Assembly: GCA_951406725.2 (NCBI GenBank)
Contig: OX597837.1
Span: forward strand, 5,828,001 to 5,892,000
From: Octopus vulgaris
Lineage: Eukaryota
Length of the DNA: 64,000 nucleotides
Direction: 5' to 3'
In this document: positions 15,939 through 30,950 of the stretch, piece after piece
How the letters are laid out: each line of letters opens with the position of its first letter
Numbering within the stretch: position 1 is the first letter of the stretch
Program-made: the position numbers and the translations under genes
Notes under the pieces: model-generated
The model's input: only the letters and a program-made list of their open reading frames with translations
Told to the model about the DNA's origin: nothing
Database searches by the model: none

Positions 15939-15940
<2 letters not shown>
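15380..15940 (-). mobile_element. Several SINE type A 3' fragments
   Basis: ttacttgtttcggtcatt...cggccatgctggagca...agtacttattctatcggtctc (reverse complement of the SINE tail and body). Confidence 0.75.
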
Positions 15941-15986
<46 letters not shown>

Positions 15987-16037
15987 TGATGATGATGATA
16001 ATGATCATCATCATCATCATCATAATGATGATGATAC

Positions 16038-16078
<41 letters not shown>

Positions 16079-16249
16079 GTTTTAAATTTTCGCATAACGC
16101 CAGTCTTGGTGGAGGATGAAAGGAAGGAAGACAATTTCGACCGAAGCGACATTTGAATTCAGAACGCAAAGCTAGATATGCTTCTGACTACTTTGCCAAT
16201 CGTGTTTACGATTCTGCCATTTCGCGGACTCAATAATAAATAATAATAA

Positions 16250-16345
<96 letters not shown>

Positions 16346-16715
16346 CAATAACAATGACAATATTAACGTGCTGTAATAATATAATTATAGAAATTTTGAT
16401 AGAAGTTACATAACCTATTTTCAGAATCGGAAATATGTCCAGGATTAATGGAACAATAATCCGGTTTTAGAAGAAGTACAATGAAGATTTATTGAATATA
16501 ATCAGCAACTTGTGGCTTACTAATGGGTTATACTGGGCAAGAGTTTGCAACTTTCAATATACGTGTCAAAAGTGACATGCCAACAAATGTGTATTCACAG
16601 ATACAGACAGAACGATATGTATGCAAGTATGTGTATATATATATATATTTCTATTACCAGTGGCCTAGCGTGTAAAAAGTCAGTCAATGTAAACTGTATT
16701 TATAGAAATATATAT

Positions 16716-16767
<52 letters not shown>

Positions 16768-16768
<1 letters not shown>

Positions 16769-16930
16769 GCGTAGGAGTGGTTGTGTGGTAAGCAACTTCC
16801 TTACGAACCCCATGGTTCCATGTTCAGTACCACTGCGTGGCAAATTGGGCAAGTGTCTTCCACTATAGCCTCGGGTCGCCCAAATCCTAGTGAGTGGATT
16901 TGGTAGACGGAAAGTGAAAGAAGCTCATCG

Positions 16931-16931
<1 letters not shown>
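16768..16931 (+). mobile_element. SINE type A 5' half; its internal (TA)n abuts the PLE ORF
   Basis: Similarity to 4820-4985. Confidence 0.8.
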
Positions 16932-16962
<31 letters not shown>

Positions 16963-16974
16963 TGTATGTATATA

Positions 16975-17006
<32 letters not shown>

Positions 17007-17007
17007 C

Positions 17008-18398
17008 AATTAGATATCGAAGACTACTACGCCTCCATATCGGAGAGCTTGCTGATCGACGCGATTAACTTCGCTAGGAAGTCCTCCACCATCACCGAGG
17101 CCGAGCAAGATGTGATCCTCCACGCACGTAAGACTTTTCTTTTCCACGACGGATCCCACTGGATCAAAAAAAAATCTGTGACCCCCTTCGACGTCAGCAT
17201 GGGTGCTAGCGACTCGGCTGAAATAAGTGACCTTGTGGGCCTTTTCATCCTCCATAGGCTGAAGACCCTATTCACAGGCCTCTCCGGTGGTCTTTACCGC
17301 GATGATGGCCTTTTTGCCCTCCGCAAAATAAACCCCAGGACCACGGATGGGTTCCGGAAAAATCTTTACACTTTTTTTAAAAACTTAGGCCTTAGGATTA
17401 CCTTAGAATCCAACTTAACCAAAGCTAACTTCCTTGACGTTACCCTCGACTTAAAAACCTCACTTTATTACCCGTACCACAAACCAAATGAAGCCCTTAG
17501 ATATATAGACATTAATTCCAACCACCCCAAAAATATATTAGACAACCTAGTAAAAAGTGTCTCAATTAGAATATCTAGCCTGTCCGCTACTGAAGATATC
17601 TTTAATGCCGCAGCCCCCTATTACAACGAGGCCCTGGCCCGCAGTGGCTTTAAATATAAGATCACCTATACTAGTATAGCCCCACGCCAACCCAGGAAAA
17701 ATAGGCGAAGACACATTAGCTGGTACAACCCCCACTTCAACCGTGAGGTCGCTACACCTGTAGCTAAAATCTTCTTCACTCTCCTACAGAAACACTTCCC
17801 CACCCAACATAAGTACTATACTATCCTAAATAAGAACACCATTAGACTCTCCTACTCTACCACGCCCAATCTAGCCAGGAACCTAGCCAACAACAACGTG
17901 AAAAAACTTAATATATCTACTTTTTCCGAGGCCCATCCAACATCCGATAGCAATTGCAACTGCCCTGATAAAACCACTTGCCCCCTCAACAACAACTGCC
18001 TACAGAGGGACCTCGTCTATACATGCGAGGTACGATCAGGCTTCCGATGATAAAGAAAATCGTACATCGGAATGACGTCAAACAGCTTTAAGACCTGCTG
18101 GTATGCCCACACACACTCGTTCCGGCGACCTGATAAATCCAACCAAACTACCCTCGCCGCCCACATCTGGTACCTTAAAAGGAACTCCATCCCCTTCAAG
18201 ATCAAGTGGAGACTACTACAAAAGGCGCGTTCGTACACAGGAGGCCATACCTGCTGTGACCTTTGCATTTCCGAGAGCCTAGAGATCTTGTTCGCCAAAG
18301 GCCATCTCCTCAACAAGATCTCAGAACACTCCCCAAATTGCATGCATAAAATTTATGCAAACTACAAGAACTATAGACCCACCCGGCAACCCGATTGA
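17008..18398 (+). mobile_element. 5'-truncated Penelope-like retroelement ORF (RT + CxCx5C linker + C-terminal GIY-YIG endonuclease), interrupted by two adjacent stop codons; best fit Hydra-type PLE
   Basis: RT motifs: LDIEDYYASI, FDVSMGASDSAEISDLVG, GLYRDDGL, NFLDVTLDL, and thumb YHKPNE..YIDINSNHP. Linker CNCPDKTTC. GIY-YIG as LVY...YIG (TAC ATC GGA at 18063-18071, same frame as ORF 16890-18050 and ORF 18072-18398, after TGA TAA at 18048-18053). C-terminal CDLCISE...LLNK..E....CMH. Starts abruptly at RT motif A directly after a (TA)n tract. Clade assignment is from recalled motif features, not a tree. Confidence 0.92.
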
Positions 18399-18627
18399 CG
18401 ACACCCCACCCACAAAACCCCCCAAACCCCACCGTTCCCCCAGCACCCCCGATTAACTTTCCTCCTAAGAATATTCACATATTGTATATGTACACTTGTA
18501 TATATGTATTGTATATATGTATAGAAATGAATGGGTGTTAGTAGGAATATACGCACGTATGTGAGTGCGTGTATATGTATGTGTATGTGTATGTACATGT
18601 GTATGTGTATGTGTGTGGTTTTTTATA

Positions 18628-18674
<47 letters not shown>

Positions 18675-18677
<3 letters not shown>

Positions 18678-18858
18678 GGTCCCGGGTTGATTCGGGGTTA
18701 ACCACAGTAAATAAGGTACTCAATACATAGCAGAGTAAAATTAATTTATTATATAGAAGGAGCTTCTACAGAGCTAGAACTGTTTCATTCAAGAGAAATC
18801 TTCAGGAAGCTAGTTAACAAGAATTGTATTGGCATTTATACATTTAGGCAGGTTTAAA
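18675..18858 (-). mobile_element. HHR-bearing repeat family F1 (pseudo-LTR-like), inverted partial copy
   Basis: Near-identical to 23048-23231 and reverse complement of part of 24840-25192; begins at a (TA)n tract. Confidence 0.85.
18761..18811 (-). ncRNA. Minimal type-I hammerhead ribozyme (F1)
   Basis: Minus strand reads AGCUUC-CUGAAGA-UUUC UCUU GAAU-GAAA-CAG UUCUAGCU CUG-UA-GAAGCU. Stem I is 6 bp, the core is canonical and the cleavage triplet is GUA. Confidence 0.85.
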
Positions 18859-18943
18859 TAATAAATTTTGGTAACTACTTGAATACAGTTCTCTGTAAAT
18901 ATTTTATATGGTGGACTTTCTGTATATTATACCATTTATGTTG

Positions 18944-19002
<59 letters not shown>

Positions 19003-19666
19003 ATACATACATGTATATATGTGTGTATATGTGTATTATGTATATATATGTTATATATATATATTGTACATATATATATGTGATGTGTGTGTGTGTATAT
19101 GTATATGTATGTGTACGCGAGAATATATGTATATGTATATGTATGCATGCAATGTGTATGTATGATATGTATATTATATAGATATGTGTATATATATGTA
19201 TATATGCATATGCAGGTATGGTATGTATATATATATGTATATATATATATATTAATATGTATATAAGTATATATATATATATATTATATATATATATATG
19301 TATATGTATGTATGTATGTATGTATGTATATATATATATATATATATATAATATGTATGTGTATAGACATACGTATGCATGTGTGTTATAATGGTTTTAT
19401 ATATATATATATGTTATGGGTATATTATATGTATATATATATGTGTGTGTATGTATATGTATGTATATGTGTATATTAGGTATATATATGTGTGTTCTTA
19501 TTTAGGATATATGTATTATGTTGTAGTATTCTGTATGAGAATGTATGTATGTATTTTATCATGTATATATAGTATAATATATATATATATATATATGTGT
19601 ATATATATTTTATGATTATGGCGTGTGGAATGTATCTTATATTTATGCAGGATAAAATGTAATATA

Positions 19667-19708
<42 letters not shown>

Positions 19709-19744
19709 GTGTATGTGTGTGTGTATATATATATATATATGTTT

Positions 19745-19780
<36 letters not shown>

Positions 19781-20088
19781 ATGTATATATATAAATGATA
19801 TATGTTTAATAATATATATGTGTGTGTGTACGCAGTTATTCTATAGTATATGTATATGTTTTTAAAGAAATGTGGGTATTATATATGTGTGTGGGTTTAT
19901 ATTATGCGGATATCTATATAAATGTGTGTGTGTGTGGATACCAATATTTCACGAGTATACAAATATAGTAAGATATATATTTGTATATATAATATGTATA
20001 GATAAAAGAAAATTATATGCGTGTGAGTATATCTTTATGGTATTTGTGGATGGATTTAATGTATATATAGTGTGTATATGTATTATTG

Positions 20089-20151
<63 letters not shown>

Positions 20152-20163
20152 GTATGTGTATAT

Positions 20164-20222
<59 letters not shown>

Positions 20223-20272
20223 TATATGGTATGAATGGAACCATGTGGTATGTATAATTGTATAATGTACGT

Positions 20273-20319
<47 letters not shown>

Positions 20320-20799
20320 ATAGTATTATACTACTTTTGTACACGTAAATGGTACTATATATATACACAATTGTATACATAATAGTTCTATCTGTATTGT
20401 ATACAGGTGGCATCATATACGTATAAATTAATAACTCTTATGGTGCTGATTATATTGTGTCTTATTCTTCTTATAAAATTTATTATTGTTAAAAATATGT
20501 TATAAATGTATGTATATATTATAATAATTATATCCGTAGTGTATTGTATATTGTTGTATATATATATATATGTATTATGTATGTATATATTATGTATTAT
20601 ATATTATTATTATATATATATATATTATATATTATTTTTATATATGTATATATATATATGTGTGTGTGTGTATGTGTGTGTGTATGTACATGTATGTGTG
20701 TGTATATATATGTGTGTGTGTGTAATGTAAATGTGTGTTGTGCTTGTTGTTTATGTACATGTATGGTGTTATGCAAGTGCATTATATATGTGTTATATA

Positions 20800-20898
<99 letters not shown>

Positions 20899-21685
20899 TA
20901 TTTAATATATATGTATGTATATGTATATGTGTGTTGTATGTTTTATTTATGTGTCTGTTATTATACCTTACCAGTGTGATGTGTATTTGCGTTAACTGTA
21001 TCAATATAGAACATATAATATATATATAATATATAATGTGCTATCTTGCTACCGTATACTCTAAATACCATAATATATATAAATAAAATATATAGAATAT
21101 ATATATATATATATATCTACTGTATGTAGTTATATGTTTCCTATATAATACACAAATTTACAACTATTATTCTTAATTTACTTATGAAAAATAAGTAGCG
21201 CGTATATTCTGGTGATTATACCACTGAAGTATGCGTGTATATATGTATATAAAAATGAAAGGTATAATAAGCATAATATATTTATTTACAAAAAAATATG
21301 TATAATGGAAATAGTGTGTACATAATATATATGTGGTACATATTATATTTATGTATGTTGTAATAAATATATATGTATAATATGTGTGTGTGTGTTACAA
21401 AAAATATGATATGTGTGTTTAAAAATTATCTGATAAATATATATGTATGTTAATATTGTATGTGTATAAATATATGTACAATGTTATGTATGTATGTAAT
21501 ATATATATGTATATGTATGTGTATGTGTATATGTGTATATGTTGTATATGTGTATTATGTGTATGTATGTATTATATATCTATATTATTCTGTATATATC
21601 TGTGAAACTCTATCTATTGTATGTTATCTTTTACATTTTATATACAAAGTGTGTGTGTGTGTGTGTGTTTGTATGTGTAGTGTGT

Positions 21686-21726
<41 letters not shown>

Positions 21727-21857
21727 GTGTGTGTGTGTGTGTATTTTCGTATTCATATACATGACATTTTCTTTTGTGTCCTTTTTTATTAAACTACAGC
21801 TTTTCTACCCTTTATCTCTTTTGTCTTATTACCTGTATGTATTTATGTTGTTTATTT

Positions 21858-21903
<46 letters not shown>

Positions 21904-22911
21904 TACATATATATATGTATTGTGGAGTCACACATCCAAATGTGTTTATTTAGGTGTATGTAATTGTATGTATACATGTATTCTTATAAACAACTTAGTA
22001 CACATGATAAAAGAAATATAAGATGTCACATGATACAATGTAAATATATATTAAACCAATATATGTGTTCTATGTACAATCAAAAGGGAGGAAAGAGACC
22101 ATATAGACAATTACAGAGTGTATATAATTTATAGTGTGAAGTAGTGTGTGTGTGTGTGTGTATATCAAAATATATACAATAAATATTCTTTTCAAATACA
22201 TACAAGGTGTATATTTGGCAACATCGAACGATAAATATGTTATGTATATGTATATAACAAGGTCATTCCTTACATCTATTGTATATAGAGATATATATAT
22301 TTTCTACTAGACAATTTAGAGAGAACATTGATAGTAAAAGTATATATTTATCGCTGAAATATAAAGTGCAAATGATGATAAGTTTTATGAAAATATAAAC
22401 AATATTTTTCTACTGGGCACAAAGATCATATTTTGGAGAAGCAATATATATACAAAGCTTATAGAAAATAGAACATAAGTGACACTCAGTAGAATTTAAG
22501 TCATTAAATATCTATAACCAATACTATTCAAATCTATCATATAGTAATTTTATATGGGATGTGAGACAGTACACATGTATACAACAAGTATATCATAGAT
22601 AATGTGACAAATACCTCGTCAATTTTAACCTTTACATTATATATAATATATACGATATATATATATTTAAATCATTGTTGTTTATGTACCTTGATGTCTC
22701 TCCTCACATTTTTGTGTTAAAGAACCGCATTGGTATATTCTTCCTGCGCTGGAGACTACATCATGTAGTTTATATATTTATATATATATATATGTCCCTT
22801 TCTCAGCTATGTGTTTTAACTCCACAGAACAAATACAGAAGTTCACAAGTGTCTTATGTAAATACGGAACAACACACTTCTTATACATCATATAAAATAT
22901 ATGTCACATAT

Positions 22912-23011
22912 NNNNNNNNNNNNNNNNNNNNNNNNNNNNNNNNNNNNNNNNNNNNNNNNNNNNNNNNNNNNNNNNNNNNNNNNNNNNNNNNNNNNNNNNN
23001 NNNNNNNNNNN
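22912..23011. other. Assembly gap (100 N)
   Basis: Run of exactly 100 n. Confidence 1.
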
Positions 23012-23050
<39 letters not shown>

Positions 23051-23133
23051 GGTACCGGGTTGATTCGGGGTTAACCACAGTAAATAAGGTACTCAATACA
23101 TAGCAGAGTAAAATTAATTTATTATATAGAAGG

Positions 23134-23184
23134 CGCTTCTACAGAACTAGAACTGTTTCATTCAAGAAAAATCTTCAGGAAGCT
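23134..23184 (-). ncRNA. Minimal type-I hammerhead ribozyme (F1)
   Basis: GCUUC-CUGAAGA...GAAACAG..CUGUA-GAAGC on the minus strand. Confidence 0.8.
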
Positions 23185-23712
23185 AGTTAACAAGAATTGT
23201 ATTGGCATTTATACATTTAGGCAGGTTTAAAGGGGTGGTGGTGGTGGTGGTGGACTTTTTTGGGGGTAGGCATAGCGCAAAAAAATCATACTTGGGGGAG
23301 TGGTCAAGGAGTCAGTGGTAAATTAGATAGAAGAATAAATAAAAGAATAAAAAAAGGGAGAATAAAAAAATATATAGAGGAATAGAGTTTTAGGTAAGTA
23401 AGGAAAATTTCACTTATACCTATACACATATGTATACATATATGCACACACACACACACACATATACATACTCACATACATACACACACACCTATATATA
23501 TATATATATATACACACACACATACATATACATACATTATTCTCCCTTTTTTTATTCTTTTATTTATTCTTCTATCTAATTTACCACTGACTCCTTGACC
23601 ACTCCCCCAAGTATGATTTTTTTTTGCGCTATGCCTACCCCCCAAAAAGTCCCCACCACCACCCCTTTAAACCTGCCTAAATGTATAAATACCAATACAA
23701 TTCTTGTTAACT

Positions 23713-23763
23713 AGCTACCTGAAGATTTCTCTTGAATGAAACAGTTCTAGTCCTGTAGAAGCT
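23713..23763 (+). ncRNA. Minimal type-I hammerhead ribozyme (F1)
   Basis: agctac-CTGAAGA-tttctcttgaat-GAAA-cag ttctagtc ctg-TA-gaagct; one stem I mismatch. Confidence 0.8.
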
Positions 23764-23774
23764 CCTTCTATATA

Positions 23775-23852
<78 letters not shown>

Positions 23853-24158
23853 GTATGTGTATGTATGTATATGTATATATATATGTGTATATATGTGTGT
23901 ATGTATGTGTATGTGCAAGTATGTATGTATATATACATATGTGTAAATAGGTATATACGTGTATGTTTATATGTATGTTTCCGTCTGTATAAAGGGTAAC
24001 TGCATGTGTATATATATTTATTATTTATTATTCACTATTTATTACATGAGTATGCGTTTGTATGCATGTATGTATTTATGTATATAAGGAGGCGCGTGAG
24101 TGTGTGTATGTGTATGCATTTGTATAAACATATGTATACATTTATGCATGTATGTGCT

Positions 24159-24199
<41 letters not shown>

Positions 24200-24234
24200 A
24201 TATATATATATGTATGTGTATATATATGTGTCTT

Positions 24235-24279
<45 letters not shown>

Positions 24280-24332
24280 ATATATATGTGTAAATGTGTG
24301 TGTAAATGTATATGTGTATATATGTATATATG

Positions 24333-24381
<49 letters not shown>

Positions 24382-24839
24382 ATAAGCTTGTGTGTTTATG
24401 TATATGTAGGTATGTAGAGTTATGTGTGTATGTATGTATATATACATATGTGTAAATAGGTATATATGTGTATGTTTATATGTATGTATCCGTCTGTATA
24501 ATGGGTAACTGCACGTATATATATTTATTATTATTATTTGAGTATGCATGTATGTATAAATGTATATGTATGTATGCATGTATGTATTTATGAACATAAG
24601 GAGGCGCGCGTGTGTGTGTGGATGTGTATGCATATGTATAAACATATATATACATTTATGCATGTATGTATATGTGTATTTGTGTGTATGTACATGGGTA
24701 TGTGTATATATGTGTATATATATGTATATGTATATGTATGTATATATATATATATATGTATGTGTATATGTGTATGTATGTATATATATAGATATATGTG
24801 AATATGTGGGTGTATATATATATATATATATATATGTAG

Positions 24840-25192
24840 ATGTACAAGTGAGAGTCTCCTTACTTACCTAAAACTCTATTTTTCTATTTATTCTTTTATT
24901 CTTTTATTTATTCTTTTATCTACTTTACCACCGATTCCTTTGACCACTCCCCTAATAATGATAGTTTTGCGCCATGCCTACCCCCAAAAAAGTCCCCCAC
25001 CACCACCCATTTAAACCTGCCTAAATGTATAAATGCCAAAACAACTCTTGTCTACTAGCTTCCTGGTGATTTCTTTTGAATGAAACAGTTCTAGTCCTGT
25101 AGAAGCTCCTTCTATATAATAAATTAATTTACTCTGCTATGTATTGAGTACCTTATTTACTGTGGTTAACCCCGACTCAATCCGGGACCTAC
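24840..25192 (+). mobile_element. F1 pseudo-LTR-like repeat, longest plus-strand copy (diverged)
   Basis: Reverse complement of 23048-~23425 with substitutions; ends gggacctaca followed by (TA)n. Confidence 0.85.
25057..25107 (+). ncRNA. Hammerhead ribozyme (F1), core mutated to CUGGUGA
   Basis: agcttc-CTGGTGA-tttcttttgaat-GAAAcag..ctgTA-gaagct; A6 is changed, so the copy is probably impaired. Confidence 0.7.
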
Positions 25193-25196
25193 ATAT

Positions 25197-25260
<64 letters not shown>

Positions 25261-25261
25261 A

Positions 25262-25835
25262 ATATATTTTCAACAATATAAAGGAATGGCCCTGGTAGGT
25301 GAAAAAAATTTTCTATTGAATTTTTTGCGACCCTTATATTGATTAATTAATGATTTTTTGACTAATTCTGAAATTAAATCAGCAGTTTATATTTGCTGCT
25401 GACAAGCTAGCTCGATTACGGTAGATTTTGAAAAGTTAGAGTATATATTCCCGAGGCATCGCTGAGGCTGCCTCGAATATTTATTCCTCCTCGCTTCCTT
25501 GCCGATGAGACGAGCCAGTGGTAGATTGACTGGATTAAATTTAATTTAATTTAATTAGGCTGGTTTGCCATAAAGTACGTCGAAACAATGCATTGTCCAA
25601 GGATGATTAAGGTAAATGTTTTTGATTTTCCTTTGATTTCTGAATTACTACTATTTAGCGGTTTGAGTATGGCTGCTCTTTCTGGTGAGACGAATGGCCT
25701 ACCAGGGACATTCCTTTATATTGTTGAAATTATATATATATATAGTCTGTGACTATTTTCTCTTTCTCACTGGACCGCTGGTGGCGAAAATAATTTCTAT
25801 TGGATTTTTTGCTACCCTTATATTGATTAATTAAT
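25262..25835 (+). mobile_element. HHR-bearing non-coding element F2 (~485-nt unit plus ~50-nt terminal direct repeat and a short inverted 5' segment)
   Basis: 25300-25350 is repeated at ~25785-25835. ttcaacaatataaaggaatggccctggtagg (~25269-25299) is the near reverse complement of ~25699-25729. Homologous in blocks to 37625-38157. Flanked by (TA)n. Confidence 0.8.
25496..25603 (+). ncRNA. Type-I hammerhead ribozyme with extended stem II (F2, CCGAUGA core)
   Basis: tccttg-CCGATGA-gacg...(long hairpin)...cgtc-GAAAC-aatgcatt-GTC-caagga; palindromic stem III ACAATGCATTGT. Confidence 0.8.
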
Positions 25836-25847
25836 ATATATATAAAA

Positions 25848-26174
25848 GGGTAAAGACCCCCTTCGGTCATGAATGACCATGGGATTGCACCTAGAAAGTT
25901 ACCCTCCTAGACACAAGTCCGGGCACGGTTGTTTATGGAAGACCAGCAGTCGCCCATGCATACCAGCCTCCCCTCTCCACGCCACCAGTGTTATCCAAGG
26001 GAAAGACAAATGTCGATACAGCTTGGCACCAGTGACGTCGCAACTCATTTCTACAGCTGAGTGAACTGGAGCAACGTGAAATAAAGTGCCTTGCTCAAGA
26101 ACACAACACGCAGCCCGGTCCGGGATTCGAGCTCACAACCTCACGATCGTAAGCACGACGCTCTAACCACTGAG
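25848..26174 (-). mobile_element. SINE with tRNA head and CORE-like domain but a different 3' tail (fragment also at 14262-14417)
   Basis: ctcagtggttagagcgtc head; gagcaaggcactttatttcacgttgctccag shared with 39592-39908. Confidence 0.75.
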
Positions 26175-26458
26175 GTCTGTGTTTAGCATATTATGCGTCC
26201 ACTTTAGTAGTCATTCCTCTTAATTTTGTATACGTATATATATATATGTGTGTGTGTGTGTATAAATATATATATACATATATATATATACATATATATA
26301 TATATATGTATAAAAATATATATACAAATACAAAATGGGACAAGAACGCAAAACACTCAAAGAGACGAAACAAAAAACGGACGGGTCATTCAAAGCCTCC
26401 AATCTTCAGTCAAGAACCGGATCATCCTCGCAATTTCGGCTGATTAATCTTGAGATCG

Positions 26459-26570
<112 letters not shown>

Positions 26571-26726
26571 CTGGCCAGCCCCAAGGAAAAACTAAGCTAC
26601 GAGAATTAGATTTCTTGGAAAAAGGATCGAATGTATACAAAACAAGGACAGAAAAACGGACGATGTCACACGAATATAAATACAAAAAACAATAAACGCA
26701 ACGTACATCATGTTCTCTTATGTATG

Positions 26727-26798
<72 letters not shown>

Positions 26799-27186
26799 TA
26801 CGTACTATAAAGCATATATTCACAGAATGAATTGTATATTAGTCAAGCAATACCCAAATGACAATAGATCGCATAAGATGAACCTACGTCACAATTACTA
26901 TCATTTTGCTGATTACGAACGTTAATAGTTTCGGTTTCAGTTTATGAAGCTATGAACCAATCAAAACCCGTCACAAGTTATATTGCATTTCGAATGGTGT
27001 CAATGACGAGTGCGTTACAAATGATGATGAATGACTTCGTGTCAGAAATGAAGAAACTTGAAGAGGCTCTGTTTTTTTTTGTTTTTTGTTTTTTGACGAA
27101 GTAAATATATTTCACCTATATACAACTACGACATAAATATCTATTTATATGTCTATTTCTCTTCTCTTCCTCTATCTCTCACCTTA

Positions 27187-27276
<90 letters not shown>

Positions 27277-27458
27277 TAATCCTTTCTACTATAAGTGGAA
27301 AGCCGAAAATTTTAGGGGAGGGGCCAGTCGAAGAGATCGCCACCAGTACGCAACTGGTATTTAATTCAACGCCCTAGATAGGTTGAAAAGCAAAGTTGAC
27401 CTCGGAAGAGTCTGAACTCAGAACGTAGCCGCAAATAATAATATTAGTAATAATAATG

Positions 27459-27558
<100 letters not shown>

Positions 27559-27893
27559 CCTTGATGCAGTACCAGGGACTGTCTGTCATGGCTTATGATC
27601 TTAACCGATTGGAAGTGTTATCATGTACATTGTTTTGTCTTGGTATAAAAAATGGGCTACAGCAAATATTCTGCTCAATACCACAGATTTGCTTGTCATT
27701 TGCTTGACCATACCCAGTTGAGCATGTCTTTTAATGACTGACTATTTTTGCATCTCTGATCACGAGTAGCCTCGTAGCCATGTGTTGAGCGGAATTCTTT
27801 GGGGTTTGAATGATTCCCTTCTGGAAACGTGGATGTTCAGATCAACGACCTTAAATAACCCATGTGGAACTGTCCATCAAATTATTTTACCTA

Positions 27894-27931
<38 letters not shown>

Positions 27932-27999
27932 CACATAAAAAACGGCAGTGCTGTGCGTTTTTACATCTATATAAGTAAATACACACACATACAGACCGC

Positions 28000-28107
<108 letters not shown>

Positions 28108-28651
28108 GTATTTCAAAATAGAAACTTACCCTTTAGTAGGCAATTTTTACATGCAAGATATAGCAGCCAACACGGCCAAAAACCACAATTTTATAGCAAA
28201 TTTCGAAGTAAATGAAAAATAAAAAAAACTTGTTATATACCGGTTATACGATGGTTTCGAATTTATTTTACAAATAATATCGCTTGCCATCTTTTAATGG
28301 ATAATTTAGCAAGACCATATTATCTACCAGGCGAATTCTCGTCAGTAACCGGCCTAAACAACTAACTTATAATTCAGAGACAAGATAACATGTGTCCCAT
28401 CATTATATGCTATAATTATATATATATACACACATATGTAAACATAGCCACATTTAAAGAGCTCTTCTTGTCACATTCTGTGTCTCGCTGAATCTTCCAG
28501 AAAACTACGTTAAGAGTGCGCGTGTCTGTGGAGTGCTCAGCCAAGTGTGCGTTAATTTCATGAGAACTGGAACCAATCATCCGTTCTTGCTATCAACACA
28601 GGTATCCAGAATCTGTATAGAAAGATCTCATCTATCAGTCTTTGATATTCT

Positions 28652-28770
<119 letters not shown>

Positions 28771-28884
28771 AGTGGCTGTCTCTACGAGTGTTTATCTGTA
28801 TGTATATCTGTGTACCTATGTATCTATGTCCATTCCTTTCTCTGTGTATGCATATGTGATTTGTATACATACATGCATACATAC

Positions 28885-28954
<70 letters not shown>

Positions 28955-29233
28955 TTGATATTTATATATGCATGTATGTGTGTTTGGATGTATGTATATT
29001 TGCATGTTTCAATAGATATCTATCGTGTGCAAAAGTGTATGCAACCGTGTAATAATCCTACACATACTTATATATAAGAGGCAGATATACACACACGGAT
29101 AAATATATATATATATATATACATACTTACGTGTACTATATATTCCTATATAAATATATACATATATATAATTATATACAAACACATATATAAAGTAATA
29201 TATACATATACCTAAATAAATTTATAAATATAC

Positions 29234-29274
<41 letters not shown>

Positions 29275-29326
29275 CGTTTATATATATATATATGTATATA
29301 CACATATATGCATACATGCATAGGTG

Positions 29327-29358
<32 letters not shown>

Positions 29359-29619
29359 TGTATGTATGTATGTATGTATGTATAAACGCGTCTTAAAGGC
29401 ATTCTATGTATGTGTTGATGTAATTATAAATTTATCAGTTAACGATGCAACACAAATGTTGATTCTCTGACGCCAGAAATAGAAATTAAATTTTCAATTT
29501 ACTGTAATGATTTCTTTCGATGATAACATGTAGAAATCGAATTGTATGAGGGCCAAGATGGCGACTTCGTTGATGATTTTATTTTTTTTTTAATATAATG
29601 ACGATGATTTGAAGATCAG

Positions 29620-30950
<1,331 letters not shown>

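Larger units (their letters stand above)
23048..23780. mobile_element. Inverted pair of F1 pseudo-LTR-like repeats (minus copy 23048-~23430, plus copy ~23537-23780)
   Basis: 23537-23780 is the reverse complement of ~23115-23365; microsatellite spacer between the copies; (TA)n on both flanks. Confidence 0.85.

Noticed and set aside
16890-17007. N-terminus of the 386-aa ORF (MSGFGRRK...IYIYIY)
   Set aside because: Read-through of SINE A and its (TA)n tract; RT homology starts at ~17008.
18048-18050. Selenocysteine TGA in the PLE ORF
   Set aside because: Immediately followed by TAA, not at a conserved Cys position, and no SECIS-like fold recognised.
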